A stretch of 64,000 bases of DNA from Phycisphaerae bacterium (GCA_012719955.1 JAAXZI010000159.1:5618-69617), one strand, 5' to 3'; numbered from the stretch's first letter, positions 30,956-41,846 are shown. The notes: generated by a model from the sequence alone, not told the origin. A program made the numbers and translations.

Positions 30956-31015
30956 GTTGCCTCCCCTGAAAGGACTTCCCCGCATCGCCCCCCCCGGTCC
31001 TCGGGACCGAACTGA

Positions 31016-31762
31016 TTACCCCTGGGGGGACTGTTCATCCTGGCGCCCCGCGGCCGGGCCCTCTCCCGATACGCGCAGCTTCAGATTCAACCCCGCGTTG
31101 TGCTGAAGGCTGATCGTCCATGCATCTCCCTTGCGCATCGGCATGGACGGGTTCTCGACTTGAACTAACCGGACGCCGTCCCGCTGCCGCAGGTCCGGGT
31201 CTCGGGCATAGTCCCAGAATCGAGACCATAGCTTCTGCTCAAACTCGTTCGGCTGCGAATTGACCCGATAATAATCGGGGACATCGCCAACCTTCTCCAG
31301 CGGAACGGCATCGACCGGACGCTGATAATCACCGAAAACCCCGGCAAACAGGGCCAGGCTCTTGCCTCGCAGTGCATCCCCCATGGCCACGTGCTCATGA
31401 TCAAACATGATCACCAGCGTCTTGAAGTGGGCGGCGGTGCCTTGAATCGTGACCCGCCGCGACGGCAACGGATGGCCGTCTCGATCCAGCTCAACAAAAT
31501 CCAGTGTGGTCAGGTCGGTTTCGGCGGGTTTGCCGTCCACCAGTTCACCGGCCTTGATCTGCTCAACGACGTACACCTCCGCGCGGCGATCCGCACTGGT
31601 CAGGCGTTCGATGGACCGTTGAAGCTCGAATTTCTCGCGGGCCAGGGCCTCGTTGGCCTGGCGCAGCCTGTCCGTCTCGCCCGGTGAAAGCAGGATGAAC
31701 GTAGCCACTCCGCTGGCCGCCACCACCGCTAACCCGATAATCCATTGTGCGAAGCGAACCAA
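31016..31762 (-). CDS. hypothetical membrane-anchored protein
   Basis: N-terminal TM helix (WIIGLAVVAASGVATFILL) followed by a short coiled coil. It lies 60 nt upstream of the PilZ gene on the same strand. Confidence 0.65.
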   Translation of the reverse strand: MVRFAQWIIGLAVVAASGVATFILLSPGETDRLRQANEALAREKFELQRSIERLTSADRRAEVYVVEQIKAGELVDGKPAETDLTTLDFVELDRDGHPLPSRRVTIQGTAAHFKTLVIMFDHEHVAMGDALRGKSLALFAGVFGDYQRPVDAVPLEKVGDVPDYYRVNSQPNEFEQKLWSRFWDYARDPDLRQRDGVRLVQVENPSMPMRKGDAWTISLQHNAGLNLKLRVSGEGPAAGRQDEQSPQG

Positions 31763-32051
31763 GGTTCCATCCTCTGGGTTTTTGCCGGTCAGTCTTTTCC
31801 ACCTGGGGAACGGCCGGCATTATACCCCCCATCCGGTCCACGCGATACCGCTCAGCTATCTTATACAATTGTTTTTGCCGGCAGGTCGCGGAAAGCGACC
31901 CGGGGCGGTCCGGTAATGCCCTCCAGCCCCCTTGAAAGCGTCACGATGAGACCGCCCCCAGCCAACCGCCGGCGGAGAAACGCCCCATTCCTCACACATC
32001 ACGAAGCTCGCCCCCCGGGGGTAACGACCGAAAACAGCCCCGGCCCAGTGG

Positions 32052-33887
32052 TCAGGCCGACAGCGTGACCGGCGTCCGCGGGACGTTAATCTGGATAAAG
32101 ACATCGTCGTACTGGCGTTCCAGGTAAGCCCGTGACGGCCCGCTGGCGATGTGGTCCCAGGGCAGAATTTCGGTGACGGCCCGCTCGCGGTGGGCGTAGA
32201 AGGCCGGATCGATCCCGGTCTCTTCGAACGCCCGCTGCCAGAGGGTGAAATCGAAAACTTCATCCCACCCGTCCATACGCGCCCCCAAGCGATAGGCGGC
32301 CTCGATGGTAGGCGCGAGCCGGCGGTCGCCGCGGGCGAACACCCCTTCGAGAATGGATCGCTGCGGCGAGTGCGTGCAGAGCTTGACGGCCGAGCGCTGC
32401 CGGCCGGCGGTACGGGCCAGAATCCGACGGGCCTCCTCGAAATATTCGAGCGTCTGCTGCGCGGCCCACTGGAACGGCGTGTGCGGCTTGGGTATCAGCC
32501 AGCTTACGCTGGCGTTGACCGAGGCCGGCCCCTTGCCGATCTCCCTGCGGGCCTCGCTCACCTCGCGGGCGAGGTGGTAAATGCCGGTAATATCTTCCTC
32601 CCGCTCGCCGGGGAAACCGCACATGAAGTAGAGTTTCACCGTTTTCCAGCCTGCCCGGTAGGCCTGTTTCACCCCGTCGATCAGGTTGCCATCGGTGACT
32701 TTCTTGCGAATGGCGGCGCGCATGTCGTCCCTGGCGGCTTCGGCCGCGATAGTCAGGCCGCTCTTGCGGACGCTGTTGGCCATCCAGGGGATATTGGCCA
32801 GCATCTTGTCCACCCGCAGTGAGGGCATGGACAGGTTCACCTTGCGGGCGCGGAACTGATCATTGATACGCTCGGCCAGTTCACGAAGCTGCGGATAGTC
32901 GGCCGTGGACAGGCTCAGCAGACCGATCTCGTCGTGGCCGGTGGTTCGCCACATCTCCTCGGCCATCTCCAGGATGCGGTCCACGCTGCGCAGGACCAGC
33001 GGGCGCTTGGTGTAACCCGCGTGACAAAATCGGCAGCGCTGCGGACAGCCGCGCATGATCTCGATGGCGATGCGGTCGTGCACGATCTCCGTGTAGGGCA
33101 ACAGCGGCCGGGTGGGAAACGGCACGGTCTCGAAATCCGGCGTCTGGCAACGGGTGATCCGCTCGCGCGGCACAAAGCCCGGCGGGCAGGCCGCACTGGG
33201 CCTGATCGCCGCAATCGTGCCGTCCGGGTGATAATCGAAGTCATACAGAGAAGGAGCGTAGATCCACTCGAACCGCCGGGCCATTTCCAGAATCATGTCC
33301 CGGCGCGAGGCCCCCTGCCGCCGTAACTCGCGGTAGGCCTCGATGATTCCCATCATCGAGTGTTCGCCGTCGCCGATCACCACCAGGTCCAGGAAGTCGG
33401 CCACCGGCTCGGGGTTGTCGGCCTGTGGACCGCCGGCAATGACCAGCGGGTGGCGGTCGTCGCGATCTGCCGCGCGCAGCGGAATGCCGGCCAGGTCGAG
33501 CATGGTCAACAGGTTGGTGAAGCCCATCTCGTACTGGAGCGACACGGCGAAAATGTCGGCCTTGCCTGCTTCCTGGCGAGTATCCCAGGTGAAGAGCGGG
33601 ATCCGGCGTTCGCGCATGACCCGCTCAGCATCGACCCACGGCGTATACACGCGCTCGGCGCACACGCCGGGCAGGTGATTGCACAACCAATAGATGATCT
33701 GGCAGCCCAGATGGCTCATGCCGATCGGGTAGGCATCAGGGAATGCGATGGCGATGCGCACTTCCGCCCGCTCCCAGTCGCCGGGCTTGACGAGTTGGTT
33801 CCACTCGCCGCCGATGTACTGGCCGGGCTGGGTCACGCGGGGCAACAGCTCATTACTGACCCGCTCGCGAAGCGTCATCATGAACAC
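32052..33887 (-). CDS. B12-binding-domain radical SAM protein (TIGR03960-like)
   Basis: CPQRCRFC radical-SAM cluster (CxxxCxxC), the N-terminal QPGQYIGGEWN motif, and 611 aa. Confidence 0.88.
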   Translation of the reverse strand: MFMMTLRERVSNELLPRVTQPGQYIGGEWNQLVKPGDWERAEVRIAIAFPDAYPIGMSHLGCQIIYWLCNHLPGVCAERVYTPWVDAERVMRERRIPLFTWDTRQEAGKADIFAVSLQYEMGFTNLLTMLDLAGIPLRAADRDDRHPLVIAGGPQADNPEPVADFLDLVVIGDGEHSMMGIIEAYRELRRQGASRRDMILEMARRFEWIYAPSLYDFDYHPDGTIAAIRPSAACPPGFVPRERITRCQTPDFETVPFPTRPLLPYTEIVHDRIAIEIMRGCPQRCRFCHAGYTKRPLVLRSVDRILEMAEEMWRTTGHDEIGLLSLSTADYPQLRELAERINDQFRARKVNLSMPSLRVDKMLANIPWMANSVRKSGLTIAAEAARDDMRAAIRKKVTDGNLIDGVKQAYRAGWKTVKLYFMCGFPGEREEDITGIYHLAREVSEARREIGKGPASVNASVSWLIPKPHTPFQWAAQQTLEYFEEARRILARTAGRQRSAVKLCTHSPQRSILEGVFARGDRRLAPTIEAAYRLGARMDGWDEVFDFTLWQRAFEETGIDPAFYAHRERAVTEILPWDHIASGPSRAYLERQYDDVFIQINVPRTPVTLSA

Positions 33888-34072
33888 CTCAATTGTCCAG
33901 CGGACTGCTTTCGTGCCTCGAAGTTTTCGTGCCTCGAAATTCAGAGGGATTATATGAAGCGGGTCACCACTGGCCTACCAGGCGGTTGCGCAGCGCCACT
34001 CCTCCGGGACGGCAGGGCCGGTGTATTCGCGTCGGTTACCTGGATCAAGAAGCTCAGGAAATGAGCGGCGGG

Positions 34073-34300
34073 TCAGCGTTGCCGGTACACGATCCGACCT
34101 CGCGTCAAATCGTAGGGCGAGACTTCCACTGTAACCATGTCACCTGGGACGATCCGGATGAAGTTCTTCCGCATCTTTCCGGATATGTGGGCCAATACTT
34201 CGTGCTTGGTGCCACCCGCGTCGGCCTCAACCAAAAATTGTGCATTGGGCAGAGCCTTGATCACACGGGCGTCAAATTGAATACTCTCCGACTGTGCCAC
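34073..34300 (-). CDS. infA: translation initiation factor IF-1
   Basis: The S1-like core is [59 protein letters not shown]. The GTG start at 34300 lies 6 nt after AGGAG. The longer track ORF is an in-frame upstream extension. Confidence 0.92.
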   Translation of the reverse strand: MAQSESIQFDARVIKALPNAQFLVEADAGGTKHEVLAHISGKMRKNFIRIVPGDMVTVEVSPYDLTRGRIVYRQR

Positions 34301-34357
34301 TGTAGCTCCTGTCAAAAAAACTATACAACTGGATACCCCCTTCATCGGGGATCCATT

Positions 34358-34386
34358 ATTATCCCGGTTGGCATGTCTAAAGGCAA
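34358..34386 (-). promoter_or_regulatory. candidate sigma-70 promoter for infA
   Basis: The minus strand reads TTGCCT-N17-GATAAT, about 58 nt upstream of the GTG start. Confidence 0.4.
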
Positions 34387-34448
34387 CTGCCAGACTATAA
34401 GGGGTGGTTAGATATTCGATAAGCCTTGCTGAACAAGACACTTGGACT

Positions 34449-35903
34449 ATGAATTCAAAAAAGCTCCCCCGCCATCCATCCGGTGCCCGCCCCCCGAGGG
34501 ATCAACGGCCCCCACGGGACAAGCTGCCCGCGCGCTGGGCGGCCCTGCGCATTCTCTCCGACCTCCGCGAAGGCCGTCGCACCGCTCGCGAGTCCATCGA
34601 CGACCTCGTGGCCAACGCTCAGCTCGCCCCCCAGGAGGCCGGCCTGACCACCGAGCTGGTCATGGGCGTGGTCCGGCATCGGCTCACGCTCGCAAAAGTG
34701 CTGGGGACGTATGCCGTCCATGGCTGGCAACGGGTGAGCCGTCAACTTCAACACATTCTGATGATCGGCGCCTACCAGATCATCTGGCTGGACACCGTGC
34801 CGGACTTCGCGGCGGTCAATGAGGCCGTCAACCAGGCGCGATCTGCGGGCGGCAGCAAGGCCGCACGATTCGTTAACGCTATACTGCGCCAGCTCTTACG
34901 TGATATCGAAGCTCAGCGGGTACCCTGCGCTGAGGCAGACTTAGTCCGGGCCATTCCCGTCAGCGAGACAGCTTGTTTGCAGCTCCGCCGCCCGGTGCTG
35001 AGTGACCCGGCCGTCAACCCCACCGCGCATCTGGCCGAATCCACCTCCCACCCCACCTGGCTGGTGGGCCGTTGGATCCACCATTTTGGACGGGAGGCCG
35101 CTGAGGCCATCTGCCGGGCCGGCATGCGCCGCCCGGTGGTCCAGCTTCGCCCCAACCGGCTGCGGATCGACGCCGAAGGGTTGATCAATCGACTTCGGGC
35201 GGAGGGCTTTCAAGCGGAGCCGACCCCTGCCGACGGCGCTGCCGTGCCGGGAAATGTGGCCGGGCTCATGCGTTCGGAAGCCTTTCGGGCGGGCCTCTTC
35301 CAGCCCCAGGACCCCACCGCCATGAAGGCAGTCGAGCACATGGACCTGGCCCCGGGACAGACCGTCGTGGACCTGTGCGCCGGCGCGGGTACCAAGGCGA
35401 CCCAGATGGCCGAAATCATGAAGGATCGCGGCCTGATCTTGGCCTCGGATAAGGAAACCGGCCGGCTCGACCAGCTCAGGGCCAACTGCGAACGGCTGGG
35501 GGTGACGGCGATTCGGGTCGTCCCATCGGATGCGATCGAGGCGGCCGTGGCCGGGCTGGACCGGCTGGACTGGATCCTGATCGATGCCCCATGCAGCAAC
35601 ACCGGCGTGCTGGCCCGCCGCCCGGAGGCTCGCTACCGCGTGGATGCCCGCACCCTGGAAGGACTGGCAGCCATCCAGCTTGGGCTGCTCAACCTGGCGG
35701 CGAGACTGGCCCGGCCGGGTACGCGCCTGCTGTACAGCACGTGCAGCCTGGAGCCTGAGGAAAACGAAAAAGTAGCGGCGGCCTTTGCCAGGGAGCACTC
35801 CGACTGGGTCATGACCGGCAGCGAACTGACGCTCCCCTGCTCGGACGGCCCCCCGGCCACCTGGCATGACGGCGGCTATTGGTGCTCATGGGCTCGAACC
35901 TGA
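34449..35903 (+). CDS. rsmB: 16S rRNA (cytosine967-C5)-methyltransferase RsmB/Sun
   Basis: NusB-like N-terminal domain, SAM motif [10 protein letters not shown], and catalytic DAPCSNTGV and TCSL motifs. Confidence 0.9.
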   Translation: MNSKKLPRHPSGARPPRDQRPPRDKLPARWAALRILSDLREGRRTARESIDDLVANAQLAPQEAGLTTELVMGVVRHRLTLAKVLGTYAVHGWQRVSRQLQHILMIGAYQIIWLDTVPDFAAVNEAVNQARSAGGSKAARFVNAILRQLLRDIEAQRVPCAEADLVRAIPVSETACLQLRRPVLSDPAVNPTAHLAESTSHPTWLVGRWIHHFGREAAEAICRAGMRRPVVQLRPNRLRIDAEGLINRLRAEGFQAEPTPADGAAVPGNVAGLMRSEAFRAGLFQPQDPTAMKAVEHMDLAPGQTVVDLCAGAGTKATQMAEIMKDRGLILASDKETGRLDQLRANCERLGVTAIRVVPSDAIEAAVAGLDRLDWILIDAPCSNTGVLARRPEARYRVDARTLEGLAAIQLGLLNLAARLARPGTRLLYSTCSLEPEENEKVAAAFAREHSDWVMTGSELTLPCSDGPPATWHDGGYWCSWART

Positions 35904-35984
35904 TTGCGTACGGGGCGCCTTGCCGGCGGCCCGAACCGGGAGCGGCGCTAAACTTCACGGCCTCGCAAGCCGATCTTGCCGAAG

Positions 35985-36227
35985 ATGGATGCGTGGATCG
36001 TGACGTTGCTGATCCTCAGTCTGGGGGCGGGGGTCTTTCTGCGCCTGGTCGCCAAGGAAAAGCACCGCCGGGAACGCCATCTCCAGATTCGCTTGGAGGA
36101 GCAGCTTCAAAAGCTCCAGGAAGAAAACGAAGCCCGGCCAGTGGAATTGTCCCAACAGCAGGCGGACACCGGGAAGGCCGCTACGGCTGAGCCGGAGCCG
36201 GAGCCCGCGTTGACTTCCGCTGATTAG
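35985..36227 (+). CDS. small hypothetical TM + coiled-coil protein
   Basis: MDAWIVTLLILSLGAGVFLRLV is a TM helix, followed by a charged helical segment. An overlapping alternative-frame ORF (35879..36190) looks less protein-like. Confidence 0.4.
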   Translation: MDAWIVTLLILSLGAGVFLRLVAKEKHRRERHLQIRLEEQLQKLQEENEARPVELSQQQADTGKAATAEPEPEPALTSAD

Positions 36228-36373
36228 CCGTATATTTTGACATCGCCAGGGACCGGTAACGGTGCGTCCTCAAACCCGCGTGGCGCCGACAAACCCATGT
36301 AACGCCGGCGTTTCGCCGATGAATCATTCGGGGTTTTGAACGCACATGAGTCGTCCGCGGTAGGAGCGCGCGC

Positions 36374-37423
36374 ATGTCTGACCTTCGCCATCAATCGACC
36401 CACCGTCTGTCATTTTTCGCCACCCTGCTGGCAACCCTCATCGGGGTAATACTGGTGATTGTGGGCGTGTGCCTGATGATGCGTCCCGGACAGACCGGGC
36501 AGGGAGCGACGTTGATCGCTTCGGGCCTGGTCCTGAGTTGCTTCGCATTGCTCTCTTATGCCGCCCTCGGAGTGATTCTCAAGGCGGAGTCCAACATCAA
36601 CCGCATTCACGGGCTCACCCTGGACATCCTGGACGCGTTGAAGCGGTTCGAGCCGCAGATCAAGGTCATCGCCGACAACAGCCAGATCTCCGACGCCGCC
36701 CGCTCGATCACCAACCGCGCCCGCGAGAGCGAGGCCCTGCGCCAGGCCATCCGCGAAGAGATGTACAGCGGCAACTGGGAGGCCGCGCATTACCTGGTCG
36801 ATCAGATGGAACGCCGGTTCGGCTACAAGCTCGAAGCCCAGAAGCTGCTCGATGAGATGAACCAGTTCCGCGAGATGACCATCGAGGACAAGATCACCCA
36901 GGCCCTGTCCTACATCGAAAAGTTGATGAACGAGCACAACTGGCTGCGCGCCCGCCAGGAATCGGAGCGGCTCATGCGGCTCTTTCCCCGCAACGAGCGG
37001 GTGGCCCGCCTGCCGGCCGAGTTGAACCGCCGCCGCGAACTGCACAAGCAGGAACTGCTGGCCCGCTGGAAGGAAGTGGTTCAACGCGCGGAGGTCGACG
37101 AGGGCATCGCGATTCTGACGCAACTCGATCAGTACCTCACGCCGGACGAGGCCCAGTCGCTTCGCGATTCGGCCCGAGACGTGTTCAAGGCCCGGCTGCT
37201 CAATCTCGGCGTGCAGTTCAGCCTGGCCGTTCAGGAGTCCCGCTGGCGGGATGCCCTGGAGGTGGGCCTGCAGATCCGGCAGGAGTTCCCCAACAGCCGG
37301 ATGGCCCAGGAAGTCACGGAAAAGCTCGACGTGCTGCGCGTCCGCGCGGGGTTCGTCGCCGACGCCGAGATCGTGCAAGTCAATCCGCAGGCGGGGTCCA
37401 GTACCGGCCGGAGCAAGGCCTGA
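36374..37423 (+). CDS. hypothetical membrane protein with helical-repeat C-terminal domain
   Basis: AGGAG lies 8 nt upstream of the ATG. It has two TM helices, then about 250 aa of helical repeats resembling TPR. Confidence 0.7.
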   Translation: MSDLRHQSTHRLSFFATLLATLIGVILVIVGVCLMMRPGQTGQGATLIASGLVLSCFALLSYAALGVILKAESNINRIHGLTLDILDALKRFEPQIKVIADNSQISDAARSITNRARESEALRQAIREEMYSGNWEAAHYLVDQMERRFGYKLEAQKLLDEMNQFREMTIEDKITQALSYIEKLMNEHNWLRARQESERLMRLFPRNERVARLPAELNRRRELHKQELLARWKEVVQRAEVDEGIAILTQLDQYLTPDEAQSLRDSARDVFKARLLNLGVQFSLAVQESRWRDALEVGLQIRQEFPNSRMAQEVTEKLDVLRVRAGFVADAEIVQVNPQAGSSTGRSKA

Positions 37424-37505
37424 AAAACCCGCGTCCCAGAACCTACCCCCACCGCCGCCCCATGAGCTACGGCTCGTGCGCCTTCTCGTGTACGCTTGGG
37501 GTCTC

Positions 37506-37545
37506 CCTGTGTGCAACGGCTCTTGAGCCGTGATGGGACAACCCA
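37506..37545. repeat. family A element, left-end fragment (A3)
   Basis: cctgtgtgcaacggctcttgagccgtgatgg matches the family A left terminus. I did not recognise a matching right terminus. Confidence 0.6.
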
Positions 37546-37728
37546 GGCGTTCTCCACCATCGTTCGGCACGAGCTCAGGCGGGGCGTCTGTGCCGCGCGG
37601 TCCAGTGATACGGCTTCCATCGCAATTTTGGGGGCTGCGCGGTTGTCATTCTCCAGGCTGTTGGTCATCTGAATCTTCGTGCCCCCACCTCTGCAAGAGG
37701 CGGGGCACCCAACGGCTATTCCCTCCCC

Positions 37729-37759
37729 AAAAAGAACCGCGACCCACAGGCCGCGGTTC
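37729..37759 (-). terminator. rho-independent terminator of spoVG
   Basis: The minus strand reads GAACCGCG-N10-CGCGGTTC followed by TTTTTGGGG, about 35 nt after the spoVG stop. Confidence 0.75.
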
Positions 37760-37794
37760 GGTAAGCACGCTTCATTTCAGGCAGCGCCGACGCC

Positions 37795-38751
37795 TTACAA
37801 CCCCGCGCTGAAGTCATCCTCCTCGTCGCTGGGGGGCGGAGGTGCAACCGGCTTGGGTGCGGATGGGGCCTCCATCGGAGGCGGAGTCGCGGGACCGGCC
37901 TCCGGATAGGATTCCTGGCGTCGCGGCTCGTCCCGACGACGCTCCTCGCGCGGACCGCCCCGTCGATCACCGCGCCGGCCGCGATCATCGCCCCGGCCTC
38001 CCCGGTCCCCGCGACGGCCTTCGCGTTCATGTCGACCACCGCCGCGCGGACCACGCTCGCCGCGCGGCTGGACCGGCCGGGGAACCGGCGAGAAGGTGCT
38101 CCCCTCGCGCTCGGGGCGTCCGTGCCGCCCGGCCGCCTCCCGCCTCAGGTCGGCGATCAGCGAGTTGTAGTCGCTGAAGGCATCTTCCTCGTCGCGATTG
38201 GCAGAGACGACCGATTCTTCTTCATCAGGCGCATCCGCTTCGGGCGGGGTGGCCGCAGCCGCCGGCTCTGCCGTCCGTGCCGCGGGCGGATACGCGCTGC
38301 CGGCCTGCTCCTCGATCAGGTGGGTGATGTCGTCGTCGCCGAAATCATCGTACACCGGCGGCTTGTACCCGGGCGTCTTGGACCGCTCGAGCTCCGCCTC
38401 GTAGGCTTTCACCACCGCCGCCTGAATTCGCTCCCGGCAGGCCGCATTGATCGGGTGGGCGACGTCGGCATGGAGCTTGGCCCGTCCCATGGCGTCCTTG
38501 GGGGCCCGGTTCTCGTTGAGCTTGAGTCCGCAATCATTGCAATACTTGGCCCGCAGGTGATTCTTGCAGCCGCATCGTGGGCAACGATCGGCCAGCTTCC
38601 TTGACGGCATGGCCACAAAGGGTCCGGATACGCCGTCGATGATCTTCAGATCACGGATGACAAAATCCCCGTCCAAGGTAATGCTGCAAAACGCACGCAG
38701 ACGCTCACTGGAATCTTCCACCAGCTTGATCCGAACTTCACTGATCTCCAT
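37795..38751 (-). CDS. spoVG: SpoVG-family protein with internal zinc ribbon and long Arg/Gly-rich C-terminal tail
   Basis: The N-terminus [48 protein letters not shown] and ..[18 protein letters not shown] match the SpoVG core. [19 protein letters not shown] is inserted between them. The C-terminal ~190 aa are low-complexity and RG/RGG-rich. Confidence 0.85.
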   Translation of the reverse strand: MEISEVRIKLVEDSSERLRAFCSITLDGDFVIRDLKIIDGVSGPFVAMPSRKLADRCPRCGCKNHLRAKYCNDCGLKLNENRAPKDAMGRAKLHADVAHPINAACRERIQAAVVKAYEAELERSKTPGYKPPVYDDFGDDDITHLIEEQAGSAYPPAARTAEPAAAATPPEADAPDEEESVVSANRDEEDAFSDYNSLIADLRREAAGRHGRPEREGSTFSPVPRPVQPRGERGPRGGGRHEREGRRGDRGGRGDDRGRRGDRRGGPREERRRDEPRRQESYPEAGPATPPPMEAPSAPKPVAPPPPSDEEDDFSAGL

Positions 38752-38856
38752 GGATGTGTTCTCCCTTGCGTGGGCATTAAACGATGAGGACTATCCTCGC
38801 GGCAGGTTTCGGTTCTCCAACTCGTATCGAATCCCAGGTGTCTCCACTCGCGTCCT

Positions 38857-39831
38857 CTATTCTCGCGCGGCCGTCTGGGCCTCGGCCCGCACGATGGGCC
38901 GGACAACGCCGGCCCGCAATCCAAGTTCTCGCGCCACCATGTCCACCATCCGCTCGGCCTCGTCCCGGCTGTCGAAGGCCGTAAACAGCGTCGAGCCGCT
39001 TCCCGAGACGCGCACGGGCCGGCTCGCCATTGCGGTCAGTCGCCGCACCAACTCTCCTAAAACCGGACAGACCTCCAGGGCCGGCTCTTCCAGCATGTTG
39101 AAGGTCCACTCCATCCACTGGACCGCGCCGGAGGGTGTCTTCGCGAACTGCTCGGGAGAAAGGACGCCGGGCTCGCTTTCCCCCGGATGACCTGCCCCTG
39201 AAGCCGGTCCAGACGATCGTTCTCCGGCAGGCCGCCAGGCCTTGTACACCGCGGCGGTGGAGACGGGGATGCCGGGAAATACCAGCACCACCCAGCCCTG
39301 CCACCCCAGCCGGGCCGGCCGGATCCGCTCCCCACGACCGGTCATGATAACCGCGCCGCCGTGCAGGAAAAGCGGCACGTCGCTGCCCAGCTCGGCAGCC
39401 ACCTCCGCCAGCCGCCACACGGGCCAGTCCAGACGCCATAAACGGTTCAGCGCCGTTAATGTTGAAGCCGCGTTGGAACTTCCCCCGCCCAGGCCGCCTC
39501 CTACCGGTATCCGCTTGGTCAGGCGACACTCAACGCCCCCGGAAACCCCGCTGACTTCAGCCAACCGACGAGCCGCCCTGATGATGAGGTTGTTCTCATC
39601 CACCGGAACGTCCGGCACGTCGCAAAACAGGCGCACCCCGGCCTCGCCCGCCGCCGAAAAGCTCAGGTCGTCGTACAACGACACCGGCGAAACCAGCGAT
39701 TCAATATCGTGATAGCCGTCCGACCGCCGGCCCAACACCCGCAGGGTCCAGTTAATCTTGGCCGGCGCCCGCACGGTGAGGACCCCATCAGCGCGATCCT
39801 CACCCGTTATGTTATATCCACAATGCAACAT
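38857..39831 (-). CDS. ispE: 4-(cytidine 5'-diphospho)-2-C-methyl-D-erythritol kinase
   Basis: APAKINWTLRVLGRRSDGYHDIESL, and the GHMP kinase motif PVGGGLGGGSSNAA. I chose the ATG at 39831 (MLHCGYN..); the upstream in-frame extension is unsupported. Confidence 0.88.
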   Translation of the reverse strand: MLHCGYNITGEDRADGVLTVRAPAKINWTLRVLGRRSDGYHDIESLVSPVSLYDDLSFSAAGEAGVRLFCDVPDVPVDENNLIIRAARRLAEVSGVSGGVECRLTKRIPVGGGLGGGSSNAASTLTALNRLWRLDWPVWRLAEVAAELGSDVPLFLHGGAVIMTGRGERIRPARLGWQGWVVLVFPGIPVSTAAVYKAWRPAGERSSGPASGAGHPGESEPGVLSPEQFAKTPSGAVQWMEWTFNMLEEPALEVCPVLGELVRRLTAMASRPVRVSGSGSTLFTAFDSRDEAERMVDMVARELGLRAGVVRPIVRAEAQTAARE

Positions 39832-40167
39832 TAGAGGTGAACAACGATGTTCCATCCCAGCATGCATCTCAAGTTGCGATCCAGAGCCGACCCGAACTCG
39901 GCGAACGGCAATTGTACTGACTGGCCCCTGCCTGTCAAGCTTGCAGGCCACCCGTGCAGCGCCGCTGAAGCGGCAGAGCTTCGCGGGCGGGCGCGGGCCG
40001 GCGAAAATGCCGTCCGGATCAGGCTCGCTAATGCCCCGCCACCGCAAACCATGCAGGCTGCCTCCGGCTCTACGCGGTAAACAGCTTCAGCGATCTTCTC
40101 CTTCGCATTCACGATCTTGACGGATCGAAGCGCAAGGCTTAAGAACCGCTCTCGACAGCTCTCTATT

Positions 40168-41661
40168 ATGTGGAGGTTCCACGTGTTCAACCACTCGTTG
40201 AGGCTCAATTTTTCACGCTTATCGGTCTTGCTCGCCGCCTCGGCCGCGCTGGCCCAGTCGCCGCCGGCAGGGCCCAACGTGGTGCTGATCATCGCCGATG
40301 ATCTTGGATACGCCGAGACCGGCTGCTATGGCCAGAAAAAAATTCGCACGCCCCACATCGACCGGCTGGCGGCCGAGGGGTTGCGCTTCACGCAATTCTA
40401 CAGCGGCAGCCCGGTGTGCGCGCCCACCCGCTGCACGCTGATGACCGGCCAACACACCGGCCATGCCGAGATCCGCGCCAACCGCGAGATCCAACCCGAA
40501 GGCCAGCATCCCATCAGCGCCGGCGCAATCACCCTCGCCGAGGCCCTTCAAGCCCGCGGCTATGCCACCGCCGGAATCGGCAAGTGGGGCCTTGGCCCGC
40601 CGGGCTCCCATGGGGCTCCTGAGAAGCAGGGCTTCGACCTGTTCTTCGGGTACAACTGCCAGCGGGCGGCCCACAACTACTACCCCACCTACCTGTGGGA
40701 GAATGACCGGAAGATCCCGCTTAACAACCCCGAATTTCCCTCCCGTCAGGAATTCCCGGCCGATGCCGACCCCAATGATCCCGCCGCCTACCAACGCTAC
40801 CGGGGTAACGAGTATGCCCCCGACCTGATGGTCGCCCGCGGCCTGGAATTCATCCGCGCCAACCGCGAACGGCCGTTCTTCCTCTACGTGGCCCTGCCCA
40901 TTCCGCACATGGCCCTGCAGGTACCCGAAGATTCGCTCAAGGAGTACGCGGGCGCCTTCCCGGAGACGCCTTATCTGGGCGGCAAAGGCTACCTGCCCCA
41001 CCGCACGCCCCGGGCCGCCTATGCCGCGATGGTCTCGCGGCTCGATCGCTACGTCGGCCAGATCGTGGGCCTGCTCCAGGAGCTTCAACTCGAAGAGCGG
41101 ACGCTGGTCTTGTTCACCTCTGACAACGGCCCGACACATAACGGCGGAACCGATTCGGCGTTCTTCAACAGTACCGGCCCGCTGCGCGGCTTGAAGGGCA
41201 GCGTCTATGAAGGCGGCGTACGCGTGCCGCTGATTGCCCGCTGGCCGGGACGGATTACGGCCGGCAAGGTTACCGAGCACGTTGCGGCCATGTGGGACAT
41301 GCTGCCGACGCTCTGTGAAATCACCGGCGCCGAAACGCCGCCGGGCATCGATGGAATCAGCTTCGCGCCCACCCTGCTGGGCAAGGGCGGGCAGAAGGAA
41401 CACGAGTACCTCTACTGGGAATATCCCGGCGGTGGCGGTCAGCAGGCAGTGCGCGTTGGCAACTTCAAGGCCGTGCGACAGAATCTGCTCCGTGGCCAGA
41501 AACGGACCGAGTTGTACAACCTCGAAAACGACGTCGGCGAGCAACACGACATCGCCGCCGACCATCCGGAGGTGGTCAAGCGCATGGAGCGGATCATGCG
41601 CGAAGCGCGCCGGCCGTCGGCGGTGTTCGAATTCGCGCCGTTGGACAAAGAGGCGAGTTAA
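40168..41661 (+). CDS. arylsulfatase (formylglycine-dependent sulfatase family)
   Basis: Signal peptide, NVVLIIADDLGY, and the CAPTRCTLMTGQH (C-x-P-x-R) formylglycine motif. Confidence 0.92.
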   Translation: MWRFHVFNHSLRLNFSRLSVLLAASAALAQSPPAGPNVVLIIADDLGYAETGCYGQKKIRTPHIDRLAAEGLRFTQFYSGSPVCAPTRCTLMTGQHTGHAEIRANREIQPEGQHPISAGAITLAEALQARGYATAGIGKWGLGPPGSHGAPEKQGFDLFFGYNCQRAAHNYYPTYLWENDRKIPLNNPEFPSRQEFPADADPNDPAAYQRYRGNEYAPDLMVARGLEFIRANRERPFFLYVALPIPHMALQVPEDSLKEYAGAFPETPYLGGKGYLPHRTPRAAYAAMVSRLDRYVGQIVGLLQELQLEERTLVLFTSDNGPTHNGGTDSAFFNSTGPLRGLKGSVYEGGVRVPLIARWPGRITAGKVTEHVAAMWDMLPTLCEITGAETPPGIDGISFAPTLLGKGGQKEHEYLYWEYPGGGGQQAVRVGNFKAVRQNLLRGQKRTELYNLENDVGEQHDIAADHPEVVKRMERIMREARRPSAVFEFAPLDKEAS

Positions 41662-41666
41662 CTGGA

Positions 41667-41760
41667 AATCAAACAGCGTCCGGCATGTTCACCCGCGGCC
41701 GCGCAGCCGAGTGGTATTCAAAAGGTCACAGGGGGCCGCGTGTGAACATGCCACCCCGGC
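41667..41760. repeat. family E long-hairpin repeat, copy E1
   Basis: GGCATGTTCACCCGCGGCC...GGCCGCGTGTGAACATGCC. It is about 94 bp and has ~6 mismatches by eye to copy E2 at 42254..42347. Confidence 0.9.
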
Positions 41761-41846
41761 TGTGAAACCGGGTGGTATTCGCAGGGTCGTCGGAGGCCAC
41801 GGGTGAAGATCGCACCCAGCAGCCCAAACAGGAGTGCGAGCATATT

